Assembly (NCBI GenBank): GCA_963674965.2
Contig: CAXXFL010000006.1
Coordinates: 992,001-1,056,000, forward strand
Direction: 5' to 3'
Length of the DNA stretch: 64,000 bases
Source of the DNA: a bacterium
Lineage (GTDB): Bacteria > RBG-13-61-14 > DATKZS01
The notes beneath the pieces are model-generated. The model was not told where the DNA came from and did not search any database. It saw only the letters and a list, made by a program, of their open reading frames with translations. Below are positions 10,827-20,337 of this stretch, in pieces. Positions within the stretch are counted from its first letter, which is position 1. Each line of letters begins with the position of its first letter. Made by a program: the position numbers and the translations under genes.

Positions 10827-12303
10827 CGAACACGCAGCACATGACGGGCTTTCTGGCGGCCGCGACCTCGTCGAGCCTTCCGATGGGCGTGGTAAGAGGA
10901 GCGCTCTTAACCGTGTCCGGCTCGGTTGCCGCCTCCTTGGCTATCCTGGTGAGGGCGTCGATAAAGAGGTTGAGGGTCTCGAGTCCCTCGGTCTCGGTGG
11001 GCTCGATCATTAGCGCGCCGTGGATAACCAGGGGGAAGTAGATGGTGGGCGGGTGATATCCGTAGTCCATCAGCCGCTTGGCCACGTCCATGGTGGTGAC
11101 TCCGTTGGGCAGGTTCTTGTCCGAAAACACGGCCTCATGCATGCACTGGTCGGGATGGGCCAGGTGGTAGACGTTCTTTAACGCCACGCGAAGGTAGTTG
11201 GCGTTCAGCACCGCTATTTCCGACGCCCGCCTGACCCCCCTGGCCGAGAGCCGAGCCAGGTAGGCGTAGGCCCGGACCATGATAAGGAAGTGGCCGTAGT
11301 AGGCCATGACCTTGCCGATGGACTGGGGACGGTCCCACTCGAGGCGCGGCTCTCCGTCCTTCTCGACAAGGACGGGCACGGGCTGGAAGGCCTCGAGCCT
11401 CGACGACAATCCGACCGGACCCGAGCCCGGCCCTCCCCCGCCGTGGGGCGTCGAGAAGGTCTTGTGCAGGTTGAACTGAATCACGTCCACCCCCATGTCG
11501 CCCGGCCGGGAGATGCCCATGATGGCGTTTAAGTTGGCCCCGTCGCAATAAAGCAGCGCGTCCTTTTCATGGAGGACGTCGGCTATCTCCCGGATGTGCG
11601 TCTCGAACAGGCCCAGGGTGTTGGGGTTGGTCATCATCAGGGCCGCCACTTCCTCGTCCAGGTTTTCCTTCACCGTCTCGGGATCGAGCACTCCGTTTTT
11701 AGCGGTGGGAATCTCCTTGACCTCGTATCCCGCCAGGTTCGAGCTGGCCGGGTTGGTACCGTGGGCCGTGTCCGGTATAAGCACCACCTTGCGCGGGTTG
11801 CCCTTGGACTCGTGATAGGCCCTGACCATAAGCATACCCGTAAGCTCTCCGTGGGCCCCGGCCGCCGGCTGGAGGCAGACCTTGTCCATGCCCGAGATTT
11901 CCTCGAGCATGCGCTGGAGCGAAAGCATAAGCTCGAGGGCCCCGCTTACCGTCTCGGGAGGCTGATCGGGATGGATATCTCTGAAACCAGGCAGGGAAGC
12001 CAGGTACTCGTTAACCTTCGGATTGTACTTCATGGTGCATGAACCGAGCGGATACAGGCCCGCGTCAACCCCGAAGTTCCAAGAGGAAAGGCGCGTGAAA
12101 TGCTGAGCCGCCTCCCGCTCGGTCACCATCGGAAGCCGAGGCGCCCGGTCGCGGATGAGAGAGTCGGGTATATCGCCCCTGACCTTTGCCGAATCCAGGC
12201 CCTCGCCGCCGAACCTCGACCTGTCCTCCGAGGCGCGGCTACGCTCGAAAATAAGCGGCTCGGACCAGGAAAGACCCCTCCTCTTCGAATAATCGTCGCT
12301 CAT
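10807..12303 (-). CDS. gcvPB: Glycine dehydrogenase (decarboxylating) subunit 2
   Basis: PLGSCTMKYNPK, QPAAGAHGE, NLHKTFSTPHGGGGPG; start placed at MSDD, 1 nt after the gcvPA stop. Confidence 0.96.
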   Translation of the reverse strand: MSDDYSKRRGLSWSEPLIFERSRASEDRSRFGGEGLDSAKVRGDIPDSLIRDRAPRLPMVTEREAAQHFTRLSSWNFGVDAGLYPLGSCTMKYNPKVNEYLASLPGFRDIHPDQPPETVSGALELMLSLQRMLEEISGMDKVCLQPAAGAHGELTGMLMVRAYHESKGNPRKVVLIPDTAHGTNPASSNLAGYEVKEIPTAKNGVLDPETVKENLDEEVAALMMTNPNTLGLFETHIREIADVLHEKDALLYCDGANLNAIMGISRPGDMGVDVIQFNLHKTFSTPHGGGGPGSGPVGLSSRLEAFQPVPVLVEKDGEPRLEWDRPQSIGKVMAYYGHFLIMVRAYAYLARLSARGVRRASEIAVLNANYLRVALKNVYHLAHPDQCMHEAVFSDKNLPNGVTTMDVAKRLMDYGYHPPTIYFPLVIHGALMIEPTETEGLETLNLFIDALTRIAKEAATEPDTVKSAPLTTPIGRLDEVAAARKPVMCCVFDEDGAD

Positions 12304-12304
12304 C

Positions 12305-13663
12305 TCAAGCCTCCGAAAGGGCGCGCGAAAGCTGGGCCGCGTAGTTGTCAAGGTCGTCCTCGCCGAGGGTCTCGGTGACGGCGACCAGGATCGAGTTTTC
12401 GAGGTCCGGATAGGACTCGCCCAAAGGTATGCCGGCGAGAAAACCCTTTTGGGCCATGGCCTTTAATATCGGCCCCGGGTCCCTTCCAAGATCGAGGGCG
12501 AACTCGTTAAAGGTCGGAGCGGAAAAGACGATCCGGCCAATTTTTTCAGCCTCGAGTTTCTCCTTCAGATATTGGGACCTTGCGCGGCATATGGAAGCTA
12601 ATTCCCGGAGGCCGTCCGGGCCCATGATCGACATGTAGATGGCCGCGGCCAGGGCCAGCATCCCCTGGTTGGTGCAGATATTGGACGTGGCCTTGGCCCT
12701 CCTTATATGCTGCTCCCTGGTGGCGAGGGTGAGGACAAAGCCCCTCCTCCCGTCGGCGTCCGTTGACTGGCCGGCAAGGCGGCCGGGGGATTTGCGGGCG
12801 TCCTTTTTCCGGCAGGCGAACATCCCGAGATGGGGGCCGCCGAATCCCATGGGTATTCCCATGCTTTGCCCCTCACAGGCCACGATGGCGGCGCCGAAAT
12901 GTCCGGGCGGCTTCAGAAGTCCCAGGCTCATGGCCTCGGTCACGACCACCACCAGCACGGCGCCCGTCTTCTCGCAGGCCGCCGATATGGCTTCCATGTC
13001 CTCGATCGAGCCGAAATAATTAGGATGCTGGACCACGACGGCCAGTGGCCCTTCTTGTTCCAGGATTTTGTCCACCAGGGTCCGGCCGTCGGGACCGTAA
13101 CCGATCTCGATGATCTCGCGGCCGGAGCGTTTCATGTAAGTTGCGATGGTTCTCCGATAAAGGGGATTGACGGTAGTTCCCACCAGGATGGCGCCGGACT
13201 CGTTTTTGGCCGAGATTCTTTCGGCCATGAGCACGGCCTCGGCCGAGGCCTCGGCCCCGTCGTACATGCTGGCGTTGGCCACCTCCATCCCCGTCAGCTC
13301 GCAGACCATGGTCTGGTACTCGAAGATGGCCTGGAGAGTGCCCTGGCTGATTTCCGGCTGATAGGGGGTGTAGGCGGTGTAGAACTCGGAGCGAGAAAGC
13401 ATCTGGTCCACAAGCGGCGGGATGTAGTGGTGGTACGTGCCGCCTCCCAAAAGGCAGCGAACCGAACCGGCCTCCAGGTTTCGTCCGGCCATGGACCTGA
13501 CTTTCTTGACCAACTCGGGCTCGGTCAAGGCCTGGGGCAGGTCCAACTCTCCCTGATACCGGATGTCCTCGGGTATCGCTTTCCACAGGTCCTCGATCTT
13601 ATCCACCCCGATCGAGGACAGCATGGACTTTATCTCGGCTTCAGTATGCGGAATGTACGGCAT
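12305..13663 (-). CDS. gcvPA: Glycine dehydrogenase (decarboxylating) subunit 1
   Basis: EFYTAYTPYQPEISQGTLQ, NASMYDG, TREQHIRRAKATSNICTNQ. Confidence 0.96.
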   Translation of the reverse strand: MPYIPHTEAEIKSMLSSIGVDKIEDLWKAIPEDIRYQGELDLPQALTEPELVKKVRSMAGRNLEAGSVRCLLGGGTYHHYIPPLVDQMLSRSEFYTAYTPYQPEISQGTLQAIFEYQTMVCELTGMEVANASMYDGAEASAEAVLMAERISAKNESGAILVGTTVNPLYRRTIATYMKRSGREIIEIGYGPDGRTLVDKILEQEGPLAVVVQHPNYFGSIEDMEAISAACEKTGAVLVVVVTEAMSLGLLKPPGHFGAAIVACEGQSMGIPMGFGGPHLGMFACRKKDARKSPGRLAGQSTDADGRRGFVLTLATREQHIRRAKATSNICTNQGMLALAAAIYMSIMGPDGLRELASICRARSQYLKEKLEAEKIGRIVFSAPTFNEFALDLGRDPGPILKAMAQKGFLAGIPLGESYPDLENSILVAVTETLGEDDLDNYAAQLSRALSEA

Positions 13664-13676
13664 TTTCCGCCTCCGG

Positions 13677-14765
13677 TTATGCTTTCTTATAAAAGGGCCA
13701 TTTGGAAACGACCGCTTTTTTGATCTTGTCTCTAATCTCGACGCCTATCTCGACGCCGTTTTGAGAGTCATTAATCGGCACGTACCCCATGCCCAAGGCC
13801 TTTCCCACCGATGGGGGCTTGGTGCCGCTGGTCACTATTCCCTCTCCTCCGGGCGACATAATTTTATATCCGTCCCTCGGCACGCCGGGATCGGTCATGA
13901 TAAAGCCGACCCGTTTTCTGGCGACGCCTTGTTCCATCTGCCGTGCCAAGACGTTTTTACCAATGAAGTCGGGCTTTTTCATACCGACTATCCATTCGAG
14001 GTCCGCCTCGACCGGCGTTATCTCGGGGGTGATATCATGGCCGTGAAGCGGATATCCCATTTCAAGCCGCAGGGTGTCTCGAGCGCCCAGGCCCACCGGC
14101 AAAAGTCCCCTGCCCCGCCCCTTTTGCATGATCAGTTCCCACGCGTCCACCGCGTTTTCAGTGGGCACGAAAAGCTCGAAGCCGTCCTCCCCGGTGTAAC
14201 CGGTGCGGGCCGCCAGGACCTCGGTCCCCGCCAGGGTGGCCCGGGCAACGCCGAAGCGCTTGACCCCGGCAAGGTCCGTCTCCGCCGCGTCCATGACGAT
14301 ATCTCGAGCGGCCGGTCCCTGCACGGCGATCTGGGCCCACTCACCGCTTTCGTCCCGGACTTCACAGCCTGGTTTTTCCAGTCCCGCCAGCCACTTATAG
14401 TCCTCTGCCGCGTTGGCCGCGTTGACGCAAAGAAGGAAATCCTCCGTCCCCAAACGATAGACGAAGATATCGTCGATAAACCCGCCTTTTTCATTAAGGA
14501 GGGCCGAATACTGCGAGTACCCGTCAGTAAGCACCGAGGCGTCGTTAGTGGCGGCGCGCTGAATAAAATCAAGCGCTCGTGGCCCTCGGACGCGTATCTC
14601 GCCCATGTGGCTCACGTCGAATATGCCCGCCCGGCTCCTCACGGCCAGATGCTCGTCCTTGATGCCCGAAAACTGTACCGGAAGTTCCCAGCCGCAGAAA
14701 TCCACGACCTTGCCTCCCAGTCCCTCGTATAAAGAAAAAAGCGGAGTCCGCTTCAGGTCAGCCAT
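13677..14765 (-). CDS. gcvT: Glycine cleavage system aminomethyltransferase T
   Basis: FDVSHMGE, RTGYTGEDGFE, GLGARDTLRLE; start at MADLKRT after a GGAGG RBS. Confidence 0.96.
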   Translation of the reverse strand: MADLKRTPLFSLYEGLGGKVVDFCGWELPVQFSGIKDEHLAVRSRAGIFDVSHMGEIRVRGPRALDFIQRAATNDASVLTDGYSQYSALLNEKGGFIDDIFVYRLGTEDFLLCVNAANAAEDYKWLAGLEKPGCEVRDESGEWAQIAVQGPAARDIVMDAAETDLAGVKRFGVARATLAGTEVLAARTGYTGEDGFELFVPTENAVDAWELIMQKGRGRGLLPVGLGARDTLRLEMGYPLHGHDITPEITPVEADLEWIVGMKKPDFIGKNVLARQMEQGVARKRVGFIMTDPGVPRDGYKIMSPGGEGIVTSGTKPPSVGKALGMGYVPINDSQNGVEIGVEIRDKIKKAVVSKWPFYKKA

Positions 14766-14886
14766 GACACGTACCTCCAACTCTAGAGTATCACCGAGGG
14801 TATGTACGTTCAAACGGGGATTCGGCCATAATGAGGGCGCGGCGCAATATTACGCGGCCATGGAAAGCTTGGGGCAAAAAAGCGGC

Positions 14887-15834
14887 TTACTCGACGGTAT
14901 AGGTAAGATCGGTTGGCACTCCGGCCCTAATGATCTCGATGTTGAATTGATCGAACTGGGAGAGGGACTGGAGGAGCTTGAGCCCGTTTTCAACGTTGGC
15001 GTCCTGGCCGTTGATGGACTGGATAATATCTCCCGTCCTGATTCCGAGCTGCTCGAAGACGCTTCCTCTTTTCACGACGATCTCGAAGCCGGCCATGTTC
15101 TGGTCGTCGCCCTGGTGGAAATAGGGCTTGAGCTTGGCCTGGGTAAGAAGTGAGTTCAAGTTGCCCATGGCGTCCTCGATGGCGCTCCTTTGCACCACGA
15201 AGCTGGTCTCGCCCGTGGACTTGATGCGGTCGGAGTAGTTGTCCTTGTCCCGCTCGGGAGGCCTCATGAAGCCGGGTCTTTCCTTAATATGAGACGGTCT
15301 TTCCGGACGTTTTCTCTCCGGCCTGGTATCTTGTTTTTCGTCGAGCAGGAGTTCCTCGACTTCCCCGTCGTTCCTGGCCAGGAGCACGCGGTCCATCTCG
15401 ATGGCGTGAATCCTGGCTTTCTCGATTACGGGGTCGCCCTTCCTGTAGAGTCCGGTCGATTTCTCCTTGACGTCGATGATGGTGGCCAGGTTGGCTGGGC
15501 TGTCTTCCCCGTAATAGGCGATCCCCAACAACTCTAGCTTGAGGCTGGTTTCCTGAATCTCGCCGGAAGTGTCGCCCGGGGTGACGTCCACCGCGTCATC
15601 CTTACCCGCGGCGGCCTGGAAAAGATCCCGTTTCACGATCGAACCCACCGAAGGCGCCCGGCCCATGGAGTCGTCTTTTTTCTTTTCGTATTGGAACTCG
15701 GCAATTTCCGGCCCGTTCCCCACCTTGGCCCGAACGTAAGCGTTGAATCCGCTCCCTATCACGTAGGCGATCGCCGCGATAAGGGCCAGGTTAAGGGTCC
15801 ATCCGTATTTGCCGAACAATCTGGTCGCGTCCAT
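14887..15834 (-). CDS. gspC: Type II secretion system protein C-like (TM, HR domain, PDZ)
   Basis: N-terminal TM, LKLELLGI...ATI...YRKGD...I..DRVLL HR domain, C-terminal PDZ (GIRTGDIIQSING). Confidence 0.8.
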   Translation of the reverse strand: MDATRLFGKYGWTLNLALIAAIAYVIGSGFNAYVRAKVGNGPEIAEFQYEKKKDDSMGRAPSVGSIVKRDLFQAAAGKDDAVDVTPGDTSGEIQETSLKLELLGIAYYGEDSPANLATIIDVKEKSTGLYRKGDPVIEKARIHAIEMDRVLLARNDGEVEELLLDEKQDTRPERKRPERPSHIKERPGFMRPPERDKDNYSDRIKSTGETSFVVQRSAIEDAMGNLNSLLTQAKLKPYFHQGDDQNMAGFEIVVKRGSVFEQLGIRTGDIIQSINGQDANVENGLKLLQSLSQFDQFNIEIIRAGVPTDLTYTVE

Positions 15835-15943
15835 TTATGGTCTCCAAAGACGACTATCAATGTACCAGTATTTTCGTCATCTTTCCATCCGGTTTGGTTC
15901 CACCGATCGGGCAAAAAGATTTGGGTCGGCGTCCGCTCGGCTT

Positions 15944-16309
15944 CTAGCCGATATCTTCCTTAATCAGCTTCACGGCTTTTCTAAGGCCCATGTCGGCCTG
16001 GCCGGGAATGGCGTAGGGGTCAAGGGTGAGCACGACGTAGTACTCGTCGTTGACGGGGGCGGTGATAACGGTGAACTCGTCCTGATGAAACACGATCTTT
16101 TCGGCGGCGCCATGGGATAGTCGCTCGATCATCTCCTTGGCCCTGGCCAGGATGATGCCGTGGTGGGCGCCGACGAACTTGATCTCGTAGTCGGTCCTTT
16201 CCCCGGAGGTATAGGTCACGACGGCCTCGCCCTCCCAGTCGGCCAGGATGGCCGCCCTCGAGCCCGGCACGCTCTCGACCAGGTCCTCAATTATCTTGTC
16301 CAGGCTCAT
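15944..16309 (-). CDS. Roadblock/LC7 (MglB/MglC-like) domain protein
   Basis: 121 aa with LVESVPGSRAAILADWEGEAV...YYVVLTL pattern. Confidence 0.8.
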   Translation of the reverse strand: MSLDKIIEDLVESVPGSRAAILADWEGEAVVTYTSGERTDYEIKFVGAHHGIILARAKEMIERLSHGAAEKIVFHQDEFTVITAPVNDEYYVVLTLDPYAIPGQADMGLRKAVKLIKEDIG

Positions 16310-16313
16310 ATCC

Positions 16314-19300
16314 TTATCCAGCTTGTCTAAGCTTAACCGAGACTATTTTGCTTACTCCCTTCTTCTCCATGGTCACGCCGTAGAGCGAATCGCCCAGTTC
16401 CATGGTGTTTTTGTTGTGCGTGATGATAACGAGCTGGCTGGTCTGGGCCAGTTCTTTTATTATATCCAGGAACCTGGAGACGTTCACGTCGTCGAGGGCC
16501 GCGTCGACCTCGTCGAGCAGGCAAAAGGGCGAGGGCTTGACCAGGAAGAGCCCGATGATGAGGGCGCTGGCGGTGAGTGCCTTCTCTCCGCCGGAGAGCA
16601 GGGCGATGGTGTTCATCCTCTTTCCGGGAGGCTGGACCATGATTTCGACGCCGGACTCGAGCAGGTTGTCGGGGTCGGTCAACTGGAGGAAAGCCTTTCC
16701 TCCCACGAAGAGCTTGGGAAACACCTCCTGGAACCTTTCGTTCACCTTCTCGAAGGACGATTTAAAGGCCCGCTTGTAGGCGGAGTTGATCTTCAGGATG
16801 GTCGAGTCCAGGTTTTCGAGCGCCTGGATAAGGTCGGCCTCCTGGTTGGTGAGGAAGGTGTAGCGCTCGTTGAGTTCCTCGAACTCCTCGATGGCCGTGA
16901 GGTTCACGTCGCCCATGCGGTCGAGCTTGTCCCGCGTTTCCTCCCTCAACTTCCTCTTCTCCTCGATGGGGTAATCGGGACCGACCGCGTCGCCCATGGA
17001 CTCGAGGACCTCGTCGATGGTCTTGAAGAATTTGTCGCTTACCTTTTCCGAGAGGTTTTCCATTTTCATCTTGAGTTGGGAGCGGGCGAGCTCGGTTTCC
17101 ATTTTCTGGTTCCGGACCTCGTTCAAACGGGACCGCTCGGACTTCAATACGTCCTCCTTGGCCTTCATCCCGTCCATGCGCGATCCGTAGTCCTCACGTT
17201 CCTTCTCGAGCTTTTTCTCGAGGTCAGCGGCCGAGCCCGACGAGGCCTCCCTTTTGGCGAGGGCCTTTTCCTCGTCCTCGTCCAGGAACCCGATCCTGGC
17301 CGCGATCTCCTCGATTTCCTTTTCTCTTTTCTCGACGCCCAGCTTGACCTCGCGGGCGGCCGAACCGAGGCGCTCGGAGTGCTTGTTAAGGGACTGGAGT
17401 TTTTCCACGAGCCCGGCTGACTTGACCTGGGCCGAGGTCAGCTTTTCGCCTTCCGCGTCCCTTTCCGCCCGCAGGCGGGCGAGGTTTCCCTTGCGATCGG
17501 ACAGGTCGGAGTTTACCTTTTCGAGGGCGGCCTTGTCGTTCTCGATCTCGATCAGCGCCCCTTCCGCCTCTCTCTCGACGTCCATTATGGACTCGGCCGC
17601 GGCCTCCATGTCGGTCTCGATGCCGGTCATTTCCTCGCGCATCGAGTTGTATAGGTCGGTGCCCTGTCTTAAGTCTTTCTGGTGGTTGTTCTTCTCGATT
17701 TCCAGCCGGTGGGAACGCTCTTTAAGTTGTTCCCACTGGGCGGCCAGTTCCTTGATCTTCTCGTCCGATTCCGCGAGTCTTGTCCTGGCCGAGTCGCGGG
17801 AGGAGGCCAAGTCCCGGACCTTTTGTGAAAGTTCCTCCACCTCTCTTTTCTTTTTCAGGAACCCGGAAAAGGCGTCAGCGCTTCCGCCGGCCAGGACCCC
17901 GAGACGGTCCAGCACGATGCCGTCCCTCGTGACAAGGGAGTTGGCCGCGCCGGCTTCCCTCCTGGCCCGCGCCGCGGCCTCGATGTCGTCCACCACCAGC
18001 GCGTCGCCGATAAGGGCCTTGACCACCGGCTCGAATTTCGGCTCGACGCTCACCTTCTCGGCCAGGGCCACGGCCCCCATCTCGCGGAGGGCGGGGGGCG
18101 TCTCGATCCTCGCCGCGCCGAAGCCCTCGAGGGGAGCGAAGCTCGATCTTCCCGCGCCCTCTTTCCTCAAGTAGCGGATATTGTCCAGGCCGTGCTCGTG
18201 GTCCTTGACCATGATCGTCTGCAGACGCTCGCCCAAAAGGGCCTCGAGGGCCAACTCGTAATCGGGCTCGGTCTTGATCACCTCGGTGATGAGGCTATAG
18301 GTGCCGTTCCGGCCCTCGGCCGCCAGTTTGTCCTTCCTGGCCATGATCGACTTGACGCCGTCCTGGTAGCCCTCGAAGTTCTTTTGCATCTCCTGAAGGC
18401 TCATCAGCCTCGAGAGCGCTCCCGCGTGTTCCGCCTGGAGGGACTTGAGTTCCTCGTCCAGCCGGGCCCGGGCGGACCTGGCCTCGGCCAGGACCCTCTC
18501 GGCGTTGGCCAGCTTGTCCTGATGTTCCTCGAGTTCCCTTTTGAGCTTGTAGAGCTTTTCGTTATAGGAAATATTGGCGCGGGCCCGCTCTTCCATGCCG
18601 GCCTCGACTTTTTGCTTTCTCTCCTCCAGTTTTTCGCCCCGGTCCTTAAGCTCCTCTTTCCTTCGAACGCCCCACTCGAGACGGGCCTCGAGTTTCTCGA
18701 TTTTCGCCTTCAGGCCAAGGGCGTGTTTCTCGAGCACCTCGGAGGCCTCGATCAACTCGCGATAGGCCCGGTCTTTTTCCTCCTTGGACGCGGCGGCGGC
18801 CCGGACGTCTTCCCCGGCCGAGGCGATGTCCTTTTCCAGGGCCTCCTTCTCGTCCTTCAAGGAGGCCGATTCCTCGGCGATGGATTTTTCCCTTCCTTTA
18901 AGTTCCCCTATTTCCGCCCTGACGCGCTCGAGGTCCCGGTTCATGGACTCCCTTTGATGCTTGATGGTCAAGAGGGCGTGCTCGTCCCTTTCCACCTCGC
19001 GGGACGCCTCGAGGAGGAGGGCCTGGGAGGAGGAGAGGGTCCTTTCCAACCCGATCATCTCTGCCCTTTCGCTCTCGATCTCGGACTCGGCTTTCTCGAG
19101 TCCCGACTGTATTTCCAGTTCCCGGGCCATGATATCGGCCAGGGATTTTTCGATCTTTTCGCTCTCGAGCCGGATTTCCCTGGCCCGAAAGGCCGCAATC
19201 TCGAGCTCGGTCCGTTTGAGTTCCTGCCGATACTCTTTATATCTTTCGGCCTTTTTCGCCTGCCTCCTGAGGGAGTTCATCTGCCTTTGAAGCTCGGTGG

Positions 19301-19892
19301 TAATGTCCTTTACCCGGAGGAGGTTCTGCCTGGTGGCGTCCATTTTGCGCGTGGCCTCGAGTCGTCTTACCCTGTACTTGGACACGCCGGCGGCCTCCTC
19401 GATGAGGGCCCGCCTCTGCTCGGGCTTCATGGTGACGATCTCGTCTATGCGGCCCTGGGCGATTACCGAGTAGGCCCTGGTCCCGGCGCCGCTGCCCAGG
19501 AAAAGGTCGGTAATGTCTTTTAGCCTTACGGGAACGCGGTTGATGTAATATTCGCTCTCGCCGCTCCTGAAGAGCCTCCTCGTGATCTGAATCTCGGCGC
19601 AGTCGGCGTATTCGGGAGGCGCAAGACGCTCGGCGTTGTCGAATATAAGGGTCACCTCGGCCATGCCCACGGGACCCATGTCGTCGCTTCCGTGAAAGAT
19701 GACGTCTTCCATGCTGCCGCCGCGCAAGGTCTTGGCGCTCATCTCGCCCATGGCCCATCTGATGGCGTCCACAATATTGGATTTGCCGCAACCGTTGGGA
19801 CCCACCACGCAGCTAATATGGTCCGTGAAATCCAGGACCGTGCGCTCGACGAAAGTTTTGAATCCCTGAAGCTGAATCTGTTTTAGCTTCAT
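16314..19892 (-). CDS. smc: Chromosome segregation protein SMC
   Basis: GFKTF, Walker A GPNGCGKSN, long coiled coils with hinge, LSGGEK signature, LLDEVDAALD. Confidence 0.98.
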   Translation of the reverse strand: MKLKQIQLQGFKTFVERTVLDFTDHISCVVGPNGCGKSNIVDAIRWAMGEMSAKTLRGGSMEDVIFHGSDDMGPVGMAEVTLIFDNAERLAPPEYADCAEIQITRRLFRSGESEYYINRVPVRLKDITDLFLGSGAGTRAYSVIAQGRIDEIVTMKPEQRRALIEEAAGVSKYRVRRLEATRKMDATRQNLLRVKDITTELQRQMNSLRRQAKKAERYKEYRQELKRTELEIAAFRAREIRLESEKIEKSLADIMARELEIQSGLEKAESEIESERAEMIGLERTLSSSQALLLEASREVERDEHALLTIKHQRESMNRDLERVRAEIGELKGREKSIAEESASLKDEKEALEKDIASAGEDVRAAAASKEEKDRAYRELIEASEVLEKHALGLKAKIEKLEARLEWGVRRKEELKDRGEKLEERKQKVEAGMEERARANISYNEKLYKLKRELEEHQDKLANAERVLAEARSARARLDEELKSLQAEHAGALSRLMSLQEMQKNFEGYQDGVKSIMARKDKLAAEGRNGTYSLITEVIKTEPDYELALEALLGERLQTIMVKDHEHGLDNIRYLRKEGAGRSSFAPLEGFGAARIETPPALREMGAVALAEKVSVEPKFEPVVKALIGDALVVDDIEAAARARREAGAANSLVTRDGIVLDRLGVLAGGSADAFSGFLKKKREVEELSQKVRDLASSRDSARTRLAESDEKIKELAAQWEQLKERSHRLEIEKNNHQKDLRQGTDLYNSMREEMTGIETDMEAAAESIMDVEREAEGALIEIENDKAALEKVNSDLSDRKGNLARLRAERDAEGEKLTSAQVKSAGLVEKLQSLNKHSERLGSAAREVKLGVEKREKEIEEIAARIGFLDEDEEKALAKREASSGSAADLEKKLEKEREDYGSRMDGMKAKEDVLKSERSRLNEVRNQKMETELARSQLKMKMENLSEKVSDKFFKTIDEVLESMGDAVGPDYPIEEKRKLREETRDKLDRMGDVNLTAIEEFEELNERYTFLTNQEADLIQALENLDSTILKINSAYKRAFKSSFEKVNERFQEVFPKLFVGGKAFLQLTDPDNLLESGVEIMVQPPGKRMNTIALLSGGEKALTASALIIGLFLVKPSPFCLLDEVDAALDDVNVSRFLDIIKELAQTSQLVIITHNKNTMELGDSLYGVTMEKKGVSKIVSVKLRQAG

Positions 19893-19950
19893 ATCTGACC
19901 ACCTTTATTTTCGAATTTAGATAAGTTTGCCCTATTCTTAACCGATTATC

Positions 19951-19979
19951 AAGCTAGCAAATTTAGCCGGTTTTGTCAA
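19951..19979 (-). promoter_or_regulatory. Putative sigma70 promoter for smc
   Basis: TTGACA-N17-TAGCTT on the minus strand. Confidence 0.5.
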
Positions 19980-20242
19980 AGGAAAAAACCGCTTGAAACC
20001 CGATATTTTTAATAACCAACAATTTCAGTATTTTATCTTCCATAAAGTATAAAGTCAGAAGCGAAGACAAGGTCGTTTTTAATAATATAATAAAATAAAT
20101 ACAATATATTATAGTATAATTGTGATATATAACATGATTTTATTCATATAATATCTTATTATTTAAGACTATTCTATCTCATTAGTTCATTATTCATTTA
20201 TATCGGATTCACCAAATGGATGTTGCTAAAATAAGGAGAGCA

Positions 20243-20287
20243 AAAGAGAAAGAAATCGCGGACGCTGAATTTATCCAACGTCCGCGA
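20243..20287 (-). terminator. Intrinsic terminator of the alpha/beta hydrolase gene
   Basis: TCGCGGACG...CGTCCGCGA 9-bp stem followed by TTTCTTTCTCTTTT on the minus strand. Confidence 0.65.
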
Positions 20288-20337
20288 CCGATTAATTAAT
20301 ACTTTTAGGCGGTTTTGTACCGCCCGGCTTTTTACCG

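Noticed and set aside
14766-14886. Glycine riboswitch upstream of gcvT
   Set aside because: Only about 120 nt, with no GGAGA...CCGAAG...CTCTCAGG aptamer core on the coding strand
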